Assembly: GCA_051294375.1 (NCBI GenBank)
Contig: CM119263.1
Coordinates: forward strand, 16,893,777-16,957,776
Direction: 5' to 3'
DNA from: Paraspadella gotoi
Lineage: Eukaryota; Animalia; Chaetognatha
DNA length: 64,000 bases
A program made the translations under genes and the position numbers. A model generated the notes under the pieces. The model was given only the letters and a program-made list of their open reading frames with translations, was not told where the DNA came from and did not search any database. This document shows, one piece after another, positions 60,062 through 64,000 of the stretch (position 1 is its first letter; every line of letters begins with the position of its first letter).

Positions 60062-61095
60062 GGTTCCATTAGGATTGTACCACGTAGGAATTGGGGCGAC
60101 CCAGAAAATTGACGGGTCCCACAGCAGATGGCGGCCTCACTTATAATTACACCCGCAGGATTGTGCCATGTAAATTGCGCCCAATTAGGATTGCGGCCTC
60201 CGTAGTTATTCCGCCACATAGTATTCCGCCCAGATAGAATTGCGGCCACTTAGGATTGCGCCCACAGAATTGCGCCTAAGAGGGATTGCGCCAAGATTGG
60301 GCCCAGGTATAATTGAACCGTGTAGGTCTGCGCCATAGGATGCGCACCATAGGATTTGAACCCATTAAGGAATTGGGCCCAAATACGAATTTGGGCCCAC
60401 ATATAATTGGGCCCATAATATGATTGGCCCACGTAGGAATTGGGCCCACAATACAATTAGGCCCATCATATGATTGGTCGCCTACGTAGGATTGGGCCCA
60501 TGTAGGAGTGGGCCTGATGCATTGGCGCCAACGTAATCCCCAAAACTTTAAAAATATAAAAAAGAGATGAAGAGAAGGAATATTCACAGTATTCGCCAAT
60601 GTAGGTGGCAATACTATGTGGTTATATGGCCATCTCTATGTGGGCTCAATAATACTTATGGCGGAATCCTACGTGGGCCTAATCCTGATGTGGGTAGATC
60701 CTAGAATGGGCGGAATCCTACATGGCGCCAATCTATGTGGGCGGAATCCTAGGTGGGCGGAATCCTATCTGGGCCCAATCCTATGTGGGTTCCAATCTAT
60801 GGCGCATACTATGGGCTCAATCCTTCGGGCCCATGCTCAGTGGGTGGAATCCACAGGGGTACAATCCTTTTGGGCGAATACTATGGGCGCAATTCATGGG
60901 GCGCAGTCTTAGGTGGGCGCAATGTTTTTACGTGGCGGTAATCCTACAGGGCGTGAATCCCATTGTGGGCGTAATCTTCTGGCGGAATACTATGGGGTGC
61001 AATTCTATGTGGGCGCTAATGCTACATGGTGCAATCCTTGGGCGCAATTTTATGGGCGCCAATATACGTTGGGCCGCTAATCCTGCGACTATACC
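60062..61095. mobile_element. Second, inverted copy of the foldback-type element, within a larger duplicated block
   Basis: Reverse complement of 57592-58625 with the same flanks; ORF-track translations of the two copies are identical. Confidence 0.7.
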
Positions 61096-61813
61096 GTTTG
61101 GTACTTAGAAGTTTAAATTATAATTTTAGTTAAATTAAATTATTTCATATTTATTTTATTACAGACAACAATAAAGAGAAATAAATATAAAGAAAAACTG
61201 TTAGTTTTGTAGAAGAATTGTTTTTAAGTACGATGTACAAAGAACTTCATTATTAGTATAAACCAAATTTTTGGTAGAACTTTTGATTGTCTTATTGAGA
61301 ATGGCGAATAAATCAGGGGTTCCATAGGATTCTCGTCGAGTTCGAATACTGTACATCCTGTTCCATCCAATTTTTCCTGATACCATCATTTCGTGTTACA
61401 TTTAACTCGGTTCACGTCTTTGCATTAAGAACTCATTAAACTTCACATCCGTACGTAAAAAAAGATACACAATTACTGTAAAAAAGCTGGCATAAGGACT
61501 AGGCCTCATTTTGGGGTTTTCAAGATTAACTTTTTCATGTAGTTGAAATCATACATAAATAAATTCCTAATAAAAAAATTCTCCATTGGTCTTTGAGAGA
61601 CACAAAGGAGCAAAACGCACTCCTCTTCTTCTTGTCTTTTTTGTTTATGAAATGGTCCCGCCAGAGGTCGGGGAGGAATGGGTCTTCAGGTTCAGAGAAC
61701 GAAAAACACTGAGTGACCCGAGATCGAGGTGGACGCACAATTGAAGAGATATAGCGTTCAACACAAAAAGCGGAACTTGTTTTTTTTATTTTTTTAAACA
61801 TTACTTGCGAGAG

Positions 61814-61868
<55 letters not shown>

Positions 61869-64000
61869 AGAAAGAAGAAAGAAAGAAAGAAAAGAAAGAA
61901 AGAAAGACAGATAAAGAGAGAGAGAGGGATGATAAATAAAAAATGAGGCCTCTTCCGTTTTTTTTTTTAAAAAGGTGCTTTTTCAGTTATTATAAGAAAT
62001 ATCAACTAAATGAAATGAGAAAGGAAACACATCATCTTCGTAAGATTAATTCCAAAGTTTTGGCTGCGGCATCGTGTGAGCCGCGCCGCCAGTGCCGCCA
62101 CACGAGCGCCGGGTCGTCCGCTATACGGCCTTCGCCACATAATAACGAATGAAACTTTTCCAACAACGCATGCGTTGGAAATCAAAGGGAAAGAATAGCC
62201 GCCGTTGCCTCGCTGAGTCTAACGAAGCGAGGAAAAGTAGAAGAGAGAAGAGATGAGCGAAGAGAGCGAGACAGAGAAGAGAGACCGAGAGAGAGAGCAG
62301 AGAGAGAGAGAGAGAGAGAGGGAGAGAAAGGAGAGAGAGCAGAACGAAGGCGAAGAGAAGATAGGATATGTTATGAGAAGAGAGAGAGAGAGAGATTCTN
62401 NNNNNNNNNNNNNNNNNNNNNNNNGCCAAAAACACTCCTCTTCTTTGCCCTTTTGTTTATGATGGTCGCTGCAGAGGGGTCGGAGGATGGTCTTGCAGGT
62501 TCAGAGACACGAAACACTGAGTGACCGGAGAAATCGAGGTGGGACGCAAATTGAAGAGATATGAGAACTTTCTCAACCATAGGGAGAGCAGACGGGAGAT
62601 GCAGTGGCAAAAGAGAGGTATATACTGGTCGGGTACTGACCGCCCTCTGGGGATTTGCTCTCCAGTGTGACACGGTGCACGCAGTACCGTGATCTGGAGA
62701 GCGGAGAGAGAGACTTCGCGCACTAGTCCCACTGGCGCCAGGTATTCAGAAAGAAGGAGAGGACAAAAAAGCGATGTGGTTTTTGCGTGGACCAGAACAG
62801 GTAATATATGGAGGGAGTAGCCCAAAAGTGAGAATTTTATTAGTAGTTTGAGAGTGTTATTATAAGGTGCTGACTGATACTTGAGGTGTAGTTGTCTTAA
62901 CTAATGAACGTTTTAGTTGGATAAGCTGAAGACCCCGTCGCAGAGACGTGAGAGCTGCAACGTGTCTTACTTAGCGAAGCGTTTTACATGGATTGTGTAG
63001 AACTTATTATTCTAGTGGGTAAGGTGGTGCGCAATACTGCAAGGAGTTCTTATGAAAGACGTGACCGAGATTTATAGATGTAACACTAAAGTATCAGAAT
63101 AATTAATGGCAAAAAGATGGTACAGTATTCGAATCGGACGAAGACGCACTATGGAACCCCTGATTTATTCGCCACATCTTCAATAGAAAGACAATCAAAG
63201 GTTTTCTACCAAAATTTGTTTATACATAATAATGAAGTTTCTCTTGTACATACTTAACAAAGCAATTCTCTAATCAACTAAAGCAGATTTTCTCTTTTAT
63301 TTATTTTCTTTTATTGGTTAGTTTATAAAATTAAATATGAATATATTTAATTTAACTAAATTATATTTTAAACTTTTAAAGTAATTCAACTCTCTCTCTC
63401 TCTCTCCTCTCTCTCTCTCGTCTCTCATCTCTCTCCTCTGCTCTCATCTCTCTCCTGCTCTCTGACTTCTCTGTTATCTTTTCTGCCGTGACGACAATGC
63501 TCAAAAATGAGAGGTGGGAACGCAAAAAAAAAGGTTTGCAATACCAATTGTCGAATTGACTGAATTAGTTAAGTCCTGAGTGAAAAAGAAGAGAAAAAGG
63601 GAATCGAAATGGTAAGAGAGAAAAAGAGGAAAAAGGCGGGAAAAAAAGAAGGAAAGAAACAAGGAAGATGAGGAAAGGATGAAGTAAAAGAAAAGAGGAG
63701 AAAGTGCAGAGGAGCGAGAGCGTAAGTAAGAAATGGAATAGGGGAAAGGGGGTGAAGAGCAGAAAGATTAAATCCCTCCGAGATTTGGGACCACGGTCTT
63801 TCCGATGTGCTACATTTCGAAAATAATTGAGAAGAGGAAGGAAGTGAGGGGGCGGCGAACGCGTTAGGGGGGGGGCCGAGTGGAGCAAGAAGGAAAAGGA
63901 GAGGAAAGAAGCTGTAGACGAATTGAATATGTGAAAATATAGAAGATGAAAATTGAAGACACTCTTCTCTTATATCATCTCCTTACCCACGGCTTGCTCA

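Larger units (their letters stand above)
56314..62399. repeat. ~2.35-kb inverted duplication (56314-58655 and 60032-62399), each arm ending at an N-gap
   Basis: Colinear reverse-complement match; further partial copies at 58681-59065, 62425-62560 and 63050-63390. Confidence 0.93.

Noticed and set aside
57579-61108. WAQS/GPN-repeat ORFs and a CRISPR-like appearance
   Set aside because: Degenerate tandem subrepeats of the foldback element; no unique spacers, no cas genes, eukaryotic context.
62560-63050. Unique-looking sequence after the last gap
   Set aside because: Lies among visibly error-rich copies of neighbouring DNA; likely low-quality single-read sequence.

Overview
Eukaryotic (animal, probably invertebrate) genomic DNA: intron-rich, full of (GA)n, (GAAA)n and (GAC)n microsatellites, with seven N-gaps and many apparent 1-base indel errors. 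Nearly all ORFs in the supplied track are microsatellite or antisense noise. Two spliced minus-strand genes could be rebuilt by hand. (1) A Cys-loop ligand-gated anion channel subunit, glycine-receptor-like, with 11 coding exons over 6631-26686; its signal-peptide exon is uncertain and the last junction is out of phase. (2) An immunoglobulin-superfamily gene with 5 exons over 99-2402, running off the left edge and carrying several frameshifts. Mobile DNA includes a 203-bp Penelope-like remnant with a 13-bp target-site duplication (TSD), inverted arms and a minimal hammerhead ribozyme core, and a 1-kb Mutator/foldback-type element with a 9-bp TSD whose apparent empty site also lies in the window. 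From 29 kb onward, large inverted and tandem duplications dominate, mostly abutting gaps and most likely assembly or haplotype artefacts. I found no convincing wholly new system; the best leads are listed as findings.
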